64,000 nucleotides of DNA from Antedon mediterranea (Eukaryota; Animalia; Echinodermata): NCBI RefSeq assembly GCF_964355755.1, contig NC_092676.1, positions 3,387,888 through 3,451,887 of the forward strand. Direction: 5' to 3'. The notes below the pieces were generated by a model. That model had not been told where the DNA came from. It saw nothing but the letters and a program-made list of their open reading frames with translations, and searched no databases. Position 1 is the stretch's first letter; the number at the start of each line of letters is the position of its first letter. Below, in pieces: positions 11,226 through 22,804 of this stretch. Position numbers and translations under genes: made by a program.

Positions 11226-13111
11226 ATGTAAAAATTCAAATGTTGATGCACATTTTGCAGAGTGTGTACTAAACATTGAAACTTACATATTCAAATATAA
11301 TTGATTATAAAAACAACCTTCAACATGAAGGGAAAACATTAAAAGTGAAACCCTTAATTTATTTTACTTTAGATTTGACTTGCCTTTCGGTTCAATGCTC
11401 AGTATATATATATTCGTTCACACGGAAGACAGAGCCGTTCAACCCCCTTTAACAAAGTTTCCAATATTTGAACAGAACAGCGGCGTTTTCAACTTCGTGT
11501 GAATATAACTTAAAAATTGGGATCTAAAATTACAAATCTTTACTTCAATTGAATAGTCCGTTATACAGCATCACATGTGAATCACATGTATCTCCTAGTA
11601 TATCATAGACTATCACCCAACCACTAACCTATAACCTTATACATAATACAGGCACCACTGTGGTGGTACACATGAGATGCTGTTTAATTCGGAATGTCCC
11701 TATGATACACCATGTCGTATGTAGAGATACTGCACTGAGAATCGGGTAGTTAATTAGTTTGCTGATTTGGGTCATCAGCCAATCCGAGGCTTAATCATAC
11801 TCTGGTTCATTTTTTGGTAAATTTCTCAGAAGCTATGAATTAAAGTTAGAATTGAAGGGATGTCTTCGGCTTTCGGGAATGTACAAATTTTAGTTTTTGG
11901 TCCTAAACATAGTGCCACAACATTCTATTTAACATTAGTACTCATAGCATAGAACTAAAATATACGTTTATTTTATAAACTCACTTTGTACTTTATCAAA
12001 TGAATTGTTTCACAAACAAAAATGTTGAAACTGAAACTTACTGGTAATAATTTAAGAAAACATCACCGAATAGTTGTCACGAACACATCAGGTGTGTCAA
12101 AGTTTTAAATGGAAGTTTTTTGTTTTTGTTATTAAATTATTTTTCTGAAAAAGATACATGCTTCTTTTCATTAGACGTCTCTAACTAATAAATATTAGAA
12201 ATACTGCATGTATTTAAGAACAACTACATTATTTCAAAAGGAGCAACAACAAAAATGGAAGGAGCAGCAACAAAAATTGAAAAAAATAAAGTTTTGCTTA
12301 TTAGTACGATTTTAACACATTAATGCCACTGTTCCAAATGTTCCGGTCCGGTCATGTATTTATTTTACAGATTTCTTTATAAACTTAGATGACCTCCTTT
12401 ATACTATATGTCATGATACATTTATATCGATTTAATTGAAGAAATCGACGAAAACCAATTTAGAATTTCAGCATGGAAATCAGGAAAACAAATGGATAAA
12501 TAGTTTTAAAAAAGGGAAAACAAATACTAATCGGTGAATATTTATCTACATAAACTGTTGAGTACAAAAAATTTAGAAAAATACAATATATGTTACAGTA
12601 ACAATATCCATTGAGGCCTATTTTACCACATTCATTATGTATGCAGAATTGAATATTCAGTGGCGCTATTTCCTGGTATTTTATTTCTGCAGTAATCAAG
12701 TGTATCACTAGTGCTGAAGTAGATCATTCCAACTTATATAACAACAAATAAAGACACAATTGACAACGTTAAATGTTTGAGTACGAATACAGGATCTAAC
12801 CGTATACGAAGTTATTTAATATTGGAAATAATGTTGGATTAAAGTGTTTATAAACTGAGTACCATTTGTATCATACGTGTGAACAGGCAAACATTATTTA
12901 ATGTCTAAAACATTATTACTGGTGTCTTAGAATCGTCGCAATAAGGAATATAATTTATAGGAATATTTGCGTAAATCTCAATTTTATAAGGAAGTTCCAA
13001 TATTCGGACGTCAATCGAGGCGCCTGCGTAAGTACCCTACTATTCCTATTATAACAACGCATGGGAACATCAATCGAACATTATGTCTGATGATATCTAA
13101 TATTGACTACA

Positions 13112-14323
13112 ATGTTTATAATGGCTCATCATGAACATTGTACATTGCTGTTTTACAAGTGCTTGATTTTATTGTATAGTATATTTTACTGTTGTTGTGC
13201 ACAATCCTATACTTTTACAAAACAACCAAAATCTGTTCTTGTTGGACATGGAAACACAGCAACGTTATCGTGTGAATGGAGACCAGCATTGAATGAAAAC
13301 CATGTCGTTTTCTGGTCAGCATACCCTCATGTTGGTGGGTCGCATGCAATTGAAAGGTCAATTTTAAATTACAATTTAACAAATATAGCAACATCTGCAT
13401 ATCTTTCCATTTTTAATGTTGGTTACAATGATGTAGGAAGATACAGGTGTGATATCTGGAATGGTGGTGATTCATACAATCTTTCACGAGAGGCTTCAGT
13501 AGTGTTAGGAGAAATAACGTGCAATCCAGAGAATGACAATGGTGAGATTGGAACAACGCTGACATGTTCTTATTTTACTTCTTATTATTCACGTAATATT
13601 GATTTACTATGGTATAAAAACAGGAAACAAATTACATGAAAAGTATCACAAAGCAATGCTATAAAATCAAGAGCTTTGACTGTTGAAGACGATGTAGCTG
13701 TATTTACTTGTAAAGCCAGAATTAGATCTCAAAATCAAGTGATAGGAACTTGTGAAACTACTCCTATTATATTAAGTATAGATGCAGAGATTGTACAATC
13801 ACCACCAGGTACACTTCAGGTTGGAGATAGCTTCAACCTTACCTGCTTAGGGAAAGGTAATCCTGATTATTATAATTATGAATGGACGTGGAATGGCGAA
13901 CCAGTAGGATCGTCACCAAATGGAAAGCGATTTGCAATTGGCAATGTGGTTACTGCGACGAGTGTATCAATCAATGCTAATGGCAAAATAATTACTTGTA
14001 CCATTAGTCGTGATGGTCGTAATAGCAGTACAGCGAATTATACAATAAACGTTCTAGAGAACATTTCGAGTAGTCCTACAACTACACGATTGCAAACAAC
14101 ACCAACGCAACAAGTCGTTACAGACAAACTACTACCAACTACACGCTTACACACTACACGTTTGCAGTCGACACGTGCGCAACGACTCATTACAAATCCA
14201 GAAAGTACTAGCGCGGCTGAGTACGATAACGTTGCATTGCAACCAACAGATATTTGCAGCGAAGAGCCAAAGTACGAAAATAATAAACTACGTGTTAAAC
14301 GCTACAAGCATGACAACGTCTGA
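13112..14323 (+). pseudogene. G4: Ig receptor copy with an in-frame TGA (13637-13639) and deleted TM; could encode a secreted D1 product
   Basis: ORFs 13103-13639 and 13676-14323 are in the same frame. The stalk is joined directly to the late class-C tail (RLIT|NPES), so there is no TM. Confidence 0.8.
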
Positions 14324-14437
14324 CAATGTAAAAACCAAGTACGAAAATATTTACGCGCTGGCCATCAGTGAGGATAAATACAATGACGTCATATTGAGGA
14401 TCACAGAAGCGCATACTGACGACGCAAACGAGTACGA

Positions 14438-14720
14438 AAATGGATTAGAATGATTAAACCAGTAAACTCTGTTATCTAAATGGACTAGTACGATTAAACC
14501 AGTAAACTCTGTTATCTCAATGGATTAGTGCGATTAAAAACCGTAAAATCTGTTATCTAAATGGATTAGTACGATTAAATCTGTAAACTCTGTTATATAA
14601 ATGGATTAGTACGATTAACCTAGTAAACTCTATTATCTAAATGGATTAGTACGATTAAAAACAGTAAACTCTGTTATCTAAATGGATTAGTACGATTAAA
14701 CCAGTAAACTCTGTTATTCT
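14438..14720 (+). repeat. 40-bp minisatellite, ~7 copies
   Basis: Unit aaatggattagtacgattaaaccagtaaactctgttatct, directly after the class-C gene end. Confidence 0.95.
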
Positions 14721-15969
14721 AAACAAGAACACTTGGAACACTAAGATATAAAAACACACTGAATATTTATATAAAAAGGAAATTGTATGGTTTTCTATAA
14801 TCATTTAATAATGAATGTATAATAATAAGTAACATTTGCTGTTGTTCTGTCACATTTTTATTTTGAAATAATAATATTTTGCTGCGCCACGGGGTCTGGT
14901 TTATATTAACAGTATTCACGTTAGAAGAATAAATCTTTATTGTATTAATATTATTATTATAATATAATTATCTAATCTAAAAATCAAATCATTTTTCAAA
15001 ACTAGAGAGGAAGGCTTCTTTTTAATATTTGTCTCTAAACAACGTTCCGCAGATATACTATAGTATATAGTTTATAGGAAGCAATCAATTGTGAATCTAA
15101 ATGAGGGAAACGTGAGATTTCTCCAGGATCTAAATTTAATTTGAGCAACACAAAAACAATAAGGAAAAAGAAAGAAGTGTTACGAAATGATTAGCCCAAG
15201 ACTTGAAAACAGAGCCTATGATTGATTTATGATTAAGTACCGGTCCAGTCACGTGTTCAGTTTTATACAATCCGGGTTCCAACGAGCACTCCCTAAACTT
15301 GAGCGAGTTCAATGAGTCAATAGAAATGCTAATGCTTTACTGAATTTTGTATTATTTTCGACGATGATTATTGTTATAGGTATTTTGAAGGTGTTACGTT
15401 ATCTTAAACATGTGCGCATGCGCTATGACATTTATAATGTTTCATCAAGTTAACCATAATTTTAATAATTCCAATATCACAGTGAAGTCATGTCATGAGA
15501 AATAGTCTTATCGATTTAACTTGAAAAAACCCGACAAAAACCAATTTAGAATTTCAGTATAATAATCAGAAAAATGGATAAAAAGCTAAATAAAAGAAAA
15601 CAAATAATAATTGTTGAATATTTATCCACACAAAGTGTGAAGTTGAGTACGAGAAGAATACAATAGATATACTGTTAATACAGTATAGTGAACATATCCA
15701 TTGATGTCTATTTTATCACATTCAATATCAGTAAAACAAGTTTCTCCACGCCCAACAAAAAAGGGGACGAAAACCAAAATATTATGACAGAATGGAAAAC
15801 TAGTAAAAACGGTATAAAAAACATCTTAATTTAACCGTTAACACGACAATTGCTACGACAGGAAAGATAAAGTTATGTGGAGTGTTTTAACCAATCACAG
15901 TCACGAACTACTCAGCATTTACAACTTAAACTCTCACTCACCATACGCCTCCGACTGATAGACGTATAT

Positions 15970-15984
15970 CACGCCCTCTGGAGG
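15970..15984 (-). promoter_or_regulatory. CTCF/GC-box-like upstream motif (representative of a recurring element)
   Basis: Reverse complement is CCTCCAGAGGGCGTG; also at 53050 and 62374, with variants at 4279, 36755, 36790 and 45976. Confidence 0.3.
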
Positions 15985-16161
15985 AAAAATGACAATGTAT
16001 TAGGAAAGTATTTTTAAAGTATTACATCATTAATGTTGAATATTCAGTGGCGCTATTTCCTGATATTTTATTTCTGCAGTAATCAAGTTTATCACTGGTG
16101 CTGAAGTAGATCATTCCAACTTATATAAAGACAAAATAAAGACACAAGTGCCAACGTTTAA

Positions 16162-16706
16162 AGATGTGTTGTCCCTTGAAACACAAAAAATGAAAAAAAA
16201 AATATTCTAAATTTAAATTGGCCATATCAAAGTAATATTAAAGTTATTCACTTTAAGTCGAAAATTCGAGCCAAAAACACCAGTTTACGTAATTAACAGG
16301 TAAATTAATTAGATTACATTTCGTCTGAGAAATCGTCGCAAGCGAAAGTAAACAAATATTTCAAACCATGAATATGCATTATGCATGATGCTAATTAGGA
16401 TTGTTTACAACTCATCACGGTTGAGAAGGTGTTTTCACACAGATCGCGAGGAAGTTTTATGATTATGCATACAGAGTAGCCAAACAAGCGCATTGCATTA
16501 TGGGATATGTTTTGATTGAAAACTTTGACTGGAAGTCAAAGTTATTTTTTGAACAAAAAAATATCTGTATTTCGGTTAAATTATTTTTTTTTTGACTAAT
16601 TTTTGGTGAAAGTTATTAACTATTATGATACTTCAAAATGACCCACTTTTTTTCGAAATTTAAAAAAAAAATTTTTTTGGGAATTAGTCAAAGGGACAAT
16701 ACATCT
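16162..16706. mobile_element. Kolobok-like MITE (545 bp)
   Basis: TIR agatgtgttgtccctt / aagggacaatacatct; TTAA at 16158-16161 and 16707-16710. The paralogous empty site gccaacgtttaatgtttgac is at about 62554-62573. Confidence 0.85.
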
Positions 16707-17029
16707 TTAATGTTTGACTACGAATACAGGATCTAACCGTATACGAAGTTATTTAGTATTGGATATAATGTTGGATTGAAGTGTTTATCAATTGAGCAGC
16801 ATACGTGTGAACAAGCAAACATTATTTAATGTCTAAACATTATTACTGGTGTCTTTGAATCGTCGGAATAAGGAATATCATTTATAGGAATATTTGCGTA
16901 AATCTCAATTTGATAAGGAATTTCCAATATTCGGACGTCAGTCGAGGTGCCTTAGTCAGTATTGTACTATTCCTATTATAACAACGCGTGAGAACATCGA
17001 CCGTCTTATGATATCTAATATTTACTACA

Positions 17030-19036
17030 ATGTTTATAAAGACTTACCATCAACTTTGTACATTGCTGTTGTACAAGTGCCTGGTTATATTGTATGGTAT
17101 ACTTCACTGTTGTTGTGCACAATCCTATACTTTTACAAAACAACCAAAATCTGTTCTTGTTGGACAAAGAAACACAGCAATGTTGTCGTGTGAGTGGAAA
17201 CCAGCATTGAACGAAAACCATGTCGTTTACTGGTCAGCATACCCTCATGTTGGTGGGACGCAAGCAATCGATAGGTCAACTTTAAAGTACAATTTAACAA
17301 ATATAGCAACATCTGCATATCTTTCCATTTTTAATGTTGGTTACAACGATGTAGGAAGATACAGGTGTGATATCTCGGAAGGTGGTGGTTTATTCAGTCT
17401 TTCTGAACGTGCTTCTGTAGTTCTAGGAGAAATATTGTGCGATCCAAAAAATAGCAATGGTGAGATTGGAACAACGCTGACATGTTCCTATTTTACTTCT
17501 TATTATTCACGTGATATTGATTTACTATGGTATAAAAACAGGAAACAAATTACATCAAAAGTAAAACAAAACAATGCTATAAAATCAAGAGCTTTGACTG
17601 TTGAAGACGATGGAGCTGTATTTACTTGTAAAGCCAGAATTAGATCTCAAAATCAAGTGATAGGAACTTGTGAAACTACTCCTATTATATTAAGTATAGA
17701 TGCAGAGATTGTACAATCACCGCCAGGTCCACTTCAGTTTGGAGATAGCTTTAACCTTACCTGCTTAGGGAAAGGAAATCCTGATTATTATAATTATGAA
17801 TGGACGTGGAATGGCGAACCAGGAGGATCGTCACCAAATGGAAAGCGATTTGCAATTGGCAATGTGGTTACTGTGACGAGTGTATCAAGCAGATACAATG
17901 GCAAAACAGTTACCTGTACTATTAGTCGTAGTGGGCGTAACACAAGTACAGCAACATATACAGTAAACGTTATAGAACAAATGACTACACGTTTGCAGTC
18001 GACATCTGGTACGCGTACGCGCAACTCAATTACGGTCAGACTATCAGAAACTAATGTCGCGCATGACGTTTCACCAGTAATGACTAAAAGTTTACAGTCG
18101 ACACTAGGTACACGTACGTACAAGTCAATTACAGAAACTAATATCCAGGATAATGATTCTACAATAGTAATCATTGTCATCATTGGCGTAGTTGCGATAG
18201 CTCTTGTGAGTTTGATAACAGCGTTTATAATTTACGTTTTAAAGAAAAGGCACAAGACAAAACCCGAAAATGTACCATTGGAAAAACCAGTGTACGGTAA
18301 CACTGAACAAAACATTAACAGTTCTGAAATAGATAATTACCTTTGTGAAAATGTGGAGACAATATACGCAGAACCTGACCTGTCAGAAAATGGTTGCCAT
18401 GTTAAATATGACACGCCACAGAATGCATTAAATATTGATAAAACTGATGATTCTTTAGGTAAGCCAATGAAACCTAATGAAGCAAGTGATGCTAAGCCGG
18501 GAAAAATGACAAGTGCCGAAAGTACAGATGCAATACAAGTAAAACCGATCAAGGCCCGCAGTAAAGAAATTATTGAAGATCTGTATTCTAAGCCTAACAA
18601 ACGGAATGCGAAAACGCCGATCGAGGCCCAAAGCAAAGAGAATCTTGAAGATCTGTATACTAGGCCTAATAAACCGACTGCAAGCAGACCAATCAAGGCC
18701 CACAATGTTAAAGAAAGTCTTGAAGATCTGTATTCTAAGCCTAACAAACGGAATGCGAAAACGCCGATCGAGGCCCAAAGCAAAGAGAATCTTGAAAATC
18801 TGTATACTAGGCCTAATAAACCGACTGCAAGCAGACCAATCAAGGCCCACAATGTTAAAGAAAGTCTTGAAGATCTGTATTCTAAGCCTAACAAACCAAC
18901 GACAAGAACGCCAGAAATTACGCACGAAAATTCTACTAAAAAAAACGTAGAAGGCTTAACGTACGCAGAAATAGAGTTTACCCCTGAACCACAGGACTAC
19001 GGGCTTGATTACGCAACTGTACAGATTAAAAAGTAA
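17030..19036 (+). CDS. G5: 3-Ig receptor, class-B tail with five LY(S/T)(K/R)PNK repeats and paired ITIM-like motifs
   Basis: 668-aa ORF with SP, 3 Ig domains and TM IVIIVIIGVVAIALVSLITAFIIYVL; tail ends EGLTYAEI...GLDYATVQIKK. Confidence 0.9.
   Translation: MFIKTYHQLCTLLLYKCLVILYGILHCCCAQSYTFTKQPKSVLVGQRNTAMLSCEWKPALNENHVVYWSAYPHVGGTQAIDRSTLKYNLTNIATSAYLSIFNVGYNDVGRYRCDISEGGGLFSLSERASVVLGEILCDPKNSNGEIGTTLTCSYFTSYYSRDIDLLWYKNRKQITSKVKQNNAIKSRALTVEDDGAVFTCKARIRSQNQVIGTCETTPIILSIDAEIVQSPPGPLQFGDSFNLTCLGKGNPDYYNYEWTWNGEPGGSSPNGKRFAIGNVVTVTSVSSRYNGKTVTCTISRSGRNTSTATYTVNVIEQMTTRLQSTSGTRTRNSITVRLSETNVAHDVSPVMTKSLQSTLGTRTYKSITETNIQDNDSTIVIIVIIGVVAIALVSLITAFIIYVLKKRHKTKPENVPLEKPVYGNTEQNINSSEIDNYLCENVETIYAEPDLSENGCHVKYDTPQNALNIDKTDDSLGKPMKPNEASDAKPGKMTSAESTDAIQVKPIKARSKEIIEDLYSKPNKRNAKTPIEAQSKENLEDLYTRPNKPTASRPIKAHNVKESLEDLYSKPNKRNAKTPIEAQSKENLENLYTRPNKPTASRPIKAHNVKESLEDLYSKPNKPTTRTPEITHENSTKKNVEGLTYAEIEFTPEPQDYGLDYATVQIKK
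18575..18897 (+). repeat. Coding tandem repeat, 147-bp (49-aa, 24+25) dimeric unit in the G5 tail
   Basis: gaagatctgtattctaagcctaacaa at 18575, 18722 and about 18869. Confidence 0.9.
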
Positions 19037-19645
19037 CGTAATATTGTTACGTAACCGTTACGTATACAGTACTTACCGTTTACAACAATGTTTAATACGT
19101 TTATCACATGCTGTAGAAATTAATATTATTCAACTTTCGATATGTGACGTTCGGTCAGATCGTTTGTGACAGTTTCATGCAATGTGTATGTAGGCTTAAG
19201 ATTAACACAGAAGGTAATATGACATACGTCTCCAGCGACCTCCATAAAGAATATAGATTTAAATTAACAGACTATCACATTATCTACGTTAACGCGGATT
19301 GTTGTGAGTTATTTCTGTAACTTTGTATACAGTTTTTAATATAATTGATATAAAGTACCATTTTATTCTATAATAATTTTCTATGATAAATGAATACATA
19401 AATAGGATGCATTGCAGCCACATAAATATATAATTTAAGAAAGAAAGAACACTTGTTGGTAATTGTAAATATTAGATACAAAGTCAAATAATTCTTAGAT
19501 ATCATAGCCCTAAATCCGTTTACTTCATAATAGATGTATTGTAGTTGAATTCGGTTGCTTATCTATTTTGGTATTTATATTTAAAATAATAAATCTTGTG
19601 TTATGTAGGCCTAATTAACCTTGCGCATATAAATAAGTTACTTAA

Positions 19646-20101
19646 AGGCCAGGTACGGGATTGTTGGAATTTTATTTGTGTTACACGAGCTTGTAGAAAA
19701 CAAGTACTTTCTTATCAGTGTACACAAATTTTGTAAATAGAGAGGCATTTTAAAAAGCTATGAAAAACAAACGGTGTGTTATCAGATGACTAAATATAGG
19801 TAATATAATTCGAATATCACATTTCTGGTATTTTTATTCAACTTCAGATTTTTATTTTCATGCTATAGCAAAAATTATCCACCGTATATCCACCATCTTT
19901 TTCACCTTCTAGGGAGTCACCATACATGTTATTACATTAGGTTAACTACCGAACTACTGAAAAAAAGTCTTCCTGGTTTTTATAGCAGAATTTTGCCAAA
20001 TTTCATATTTGACCATTTTCGTCTTGATTCCTTTTAAAAATACTTGATTTATGTACAATTAACCAGATATTATATTTAAAATTCATGCCTGTACCTGAGC
20101 T
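19646..20101. mobile_element. Kolobok-like MITE (second family)
   Basis: ttaa|aggccaggtacggg ... cctgtacctgagct|ttaa; imperfect 14-bp TIR. Confidence 0.55.
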
Positions 20102-20690
20102 TTAAGATATTTTCTATTTTAAAGAAACTGATGTAGGCCTACAGTATACCGTATTTTAATGAATACTATCAAAACAAGAACATCTCGAAAAATGGGTGTT
20201 CAGTTATTATCATTATATAATTGATATATATTGATTAGATAGCTTAATATTATTGATTATGAAATTAAAGTTATTGATTATATATTTGATATTGATTGTT
20301 ATTGGGTTTTCAAAAGAAAGCCAAATGTGTAAGTTATTTTTCGTTCTTGTATGAGGAAGCAAACTGAACAATTATTTTGGAAATGAGGAGATTGAAACAA
20401 CACTGACGAGATCAAGGAAGTACAGGAAACAATTAGCTACAGTTATGAGTTATATAAACACTAATATGAATGTACGAGGTTAGAGATTGGTGGTTACATT
20501 AATTCCCTTTCTGTCGATGGTACTTCGGACAATTCTCCCCGAATGTTCAACAAGTCGGACTTCCGGAAAAAAGTAATTCAATATGACAGTAATTCCTACA
20601 TGATAAAAAAAAAAAAAGAAAAATGAAATAATTGAAAAAGTTGGAGATTGATGGTTACTTCAATTCCTGTGGTAATTCGTTCAACTCTTA

Positions 20691-20846
20691 AGCTCTGTCT
20701 ACACTATCAAACTAGTTTGACAAAAAAGGTGTGATGTGCCCAAATATGGTAGTGATATTCCCAACAATGGTAGTGGTATATCATGTCCATATATGGGCCC
20801 TTCACATTTTTTTTGTCACATAACATTTGATATTGTAGACAAAGCT
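20691..20846 (+). mobile_element. ~156-bp Harbinger/Tourist-like MITE
   Basis: tta|agctctgtctacactatcaaa ... tttgatattgtagacaaagct|tta. Confidence 0.75.
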
Positions 20847-21713
20847 TTACTGTTTAAAAAAAATGACCCACATTTTTCATTTTATTTGAAATTCATATAC
20901 AATTTAGATTTCAAAGATTTTTTTTGTTATCTTTTGTGGTTCACCACCACATTTATTCATTCAATGTTTCATTAGGGCCTACATAATTTGTTACTATTAT
21001 TTTCTGTTTTTCCTCATTAATATCATAATTTTAACCTTTAGTATCATCATTAATAAACATTCATTTGTTATTTTGTTTTCTGAATTACTAAACATTAATA
21101 TACAGAGTATTTACTTCTTAACATTCTTTTTTTTGCTAAATCCTCTATTTACAAACCAATTGTATATTAATTAAAATACCTAAATTTCAAAGATAAAAAC
21201 ACACAAAGTAACGCAAAAGGTTCAAGTATGTTTTTTTTAGCTTGTGGTTCATCAATATCTATAAGATTGCACTGCGGTAATGTACCGGTACTGCAATGGT
21301 AACAAGTTAAAACCAAACCAACTTCTCTTTCTCGATACTGGAGTAAAACTACAATTTATAACGCCTTCGATTTAAATTCCAAAAGGTCAAAGAATGTTGT
21401 TTTTGCTTTAGATTTTCCTTCGTGCTTCATCAATTGTACGGTAAAGTACCGGTATTACTGGTAACAAGTTAAAACCAAACCAACTTCTCTTTCTCCATAC
21501 TGATAGTAAACTCTAAATTAAAGACTAAAACTAACGCCTTCGAGGAAGCAACGGCAATGGAAGTTAAAGGGCGACAAATTTTACTTAATTCGTTTTTTAT
21601 GACATTAAATGGTCGCACAGACACTTCTGTTCATCTATTCATAGCAAAAAAACTATTCAAAACAAACAAGTTACGAAAACAGAAAGCCCTAATAAGGAAA
21701 CAAGAGCATATAA

Positions 21714-21869
21714 AGCCCTGTCCACACTATGTAACTTAATGTGACAACAACAAGTTATTGCCCATATACGGACATGATGATGTCACATCACTACCATATT
21801 TGGGCATACCACTACCATGGGCACATAACACTTTTGTTGTCAAACTAGTTTGATAGTGTAGACAGAGCT
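21714..21869 (-). mobile_element. Second copy of the ~156-bp MITE, inverted orientation
   Basis: taa|agccctgtccacactat ... tttgatagtgtagacagagct|taa. The internal cactaccatatttgggca is the reverse complement of the first copy. Confidence 0.75.
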
Positions 21870-22123
21870 TAATGCTGGTTGGACCAAAAATAGATCGGAA
21901 ATGAAAAATCGGAACATAAAGGCTTGCTTCTAAGTGTTCTCTATGTCTTGTCGTCACTTGGAAGGTAAACATATTATTATGTACACTTCTCTCCCAGGCT
22001 AGGTCACTGCGTATTGTATATTGTTACAGTATTTCTATCTATGTTCAGTATTATATACTTTCTTACTTACATACCACCTGTCCTATTGGTATATAAGTAC
22101 TCTAGGCGTTGTTTTCTGTTCTT

Positions 22124-22155
22124 CTGATGATGAGAATTGTTTCTCGAAACATGTC
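22124..22155 (+). ncRNA. Minimal hammerhead-ribozyme-like motif, probable Penelope-like element remnant
   Basis: CTGATGA-t-GAGAA-ttgt-TTCTC-GAAA-CATG-TC: core boxes, a 5-bp stem II and a palindromic CATG in place of helix III. tatataa lies about 30 bp upstream. Stem I pairs poorly. Confidence 0.4.
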
Positions 22156-22804
22156 ACATTTTAAGGCAGTTTGCCTATTCGTTAAATGCCTCGCTATACT
22201 CATATTAACTCGTAAGTTCGGTGGAATCATTCATGATTTATCTATTATATAATATGATTGTATGATTACCGTTGTTTTGATATTAGTAAATGAATTTAGA
22301 AATACCTCTTTACTAAACGAATCGGAATAAAATAAACTGAGATAATAACAGAAGCTGTGCGTGTGAAGCATACAACAACAGTGTCAAGGTAAAACATCCA
22401 AGTATTTTCATTTCGATTGGTTTGTTAAAAATGTCTAAATTCCTAATCCGGAGGTATTGAAGTAAATAAACACTGTATGGGGCATCATTGTATTATCACT
22501 GGATAACATACCACACAATACAATAATAACACATATGCAACAATCTTCTAAAATAACTTTATAATCGGATAAACAATTATTTCTATATGATTGGATATTG
22601 TATTGGGCACAAATGAAATCATATCGCGTGAGGCTTTAGTAATAATGTCTTTCAAAAGAATGCGTTAAAACATCAACTATTCTTACATTGTAGTCATTAC
22701 CATAAATGATTGGAATCTACAATAGTCCTAAACAATCTCAATTTTGGTAAGGAAGTTACTTTAAACCGATCAAAAGCAATATTTGAGAATTGACATTCAC
22801 AAGA

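Noticed and set aside
13637-13639. In-frame TGA as selenocysteine
   Set aside because: The paralogous codon is Ser (TCA), not Cys; no SECIS was recognised; the same stop is in a multiply disrupted pseudogene.
16894-17193. Recurrent upstream overlapping ORF MRKSQFDKE… (also 49279, 62749)
   Set aside because: Begins with TTG, not ATG, in a eukaryote; recurrence reflects recent duplication.
18337-18950. Antisense and alternate-frame ORFs over the receptor genes (e.g. 18337-18894, 39949-40542, 44191-44634)
   Set aside because: Shadows of repetitive or biased coding sequence, repeated only because the genes are paralogous.
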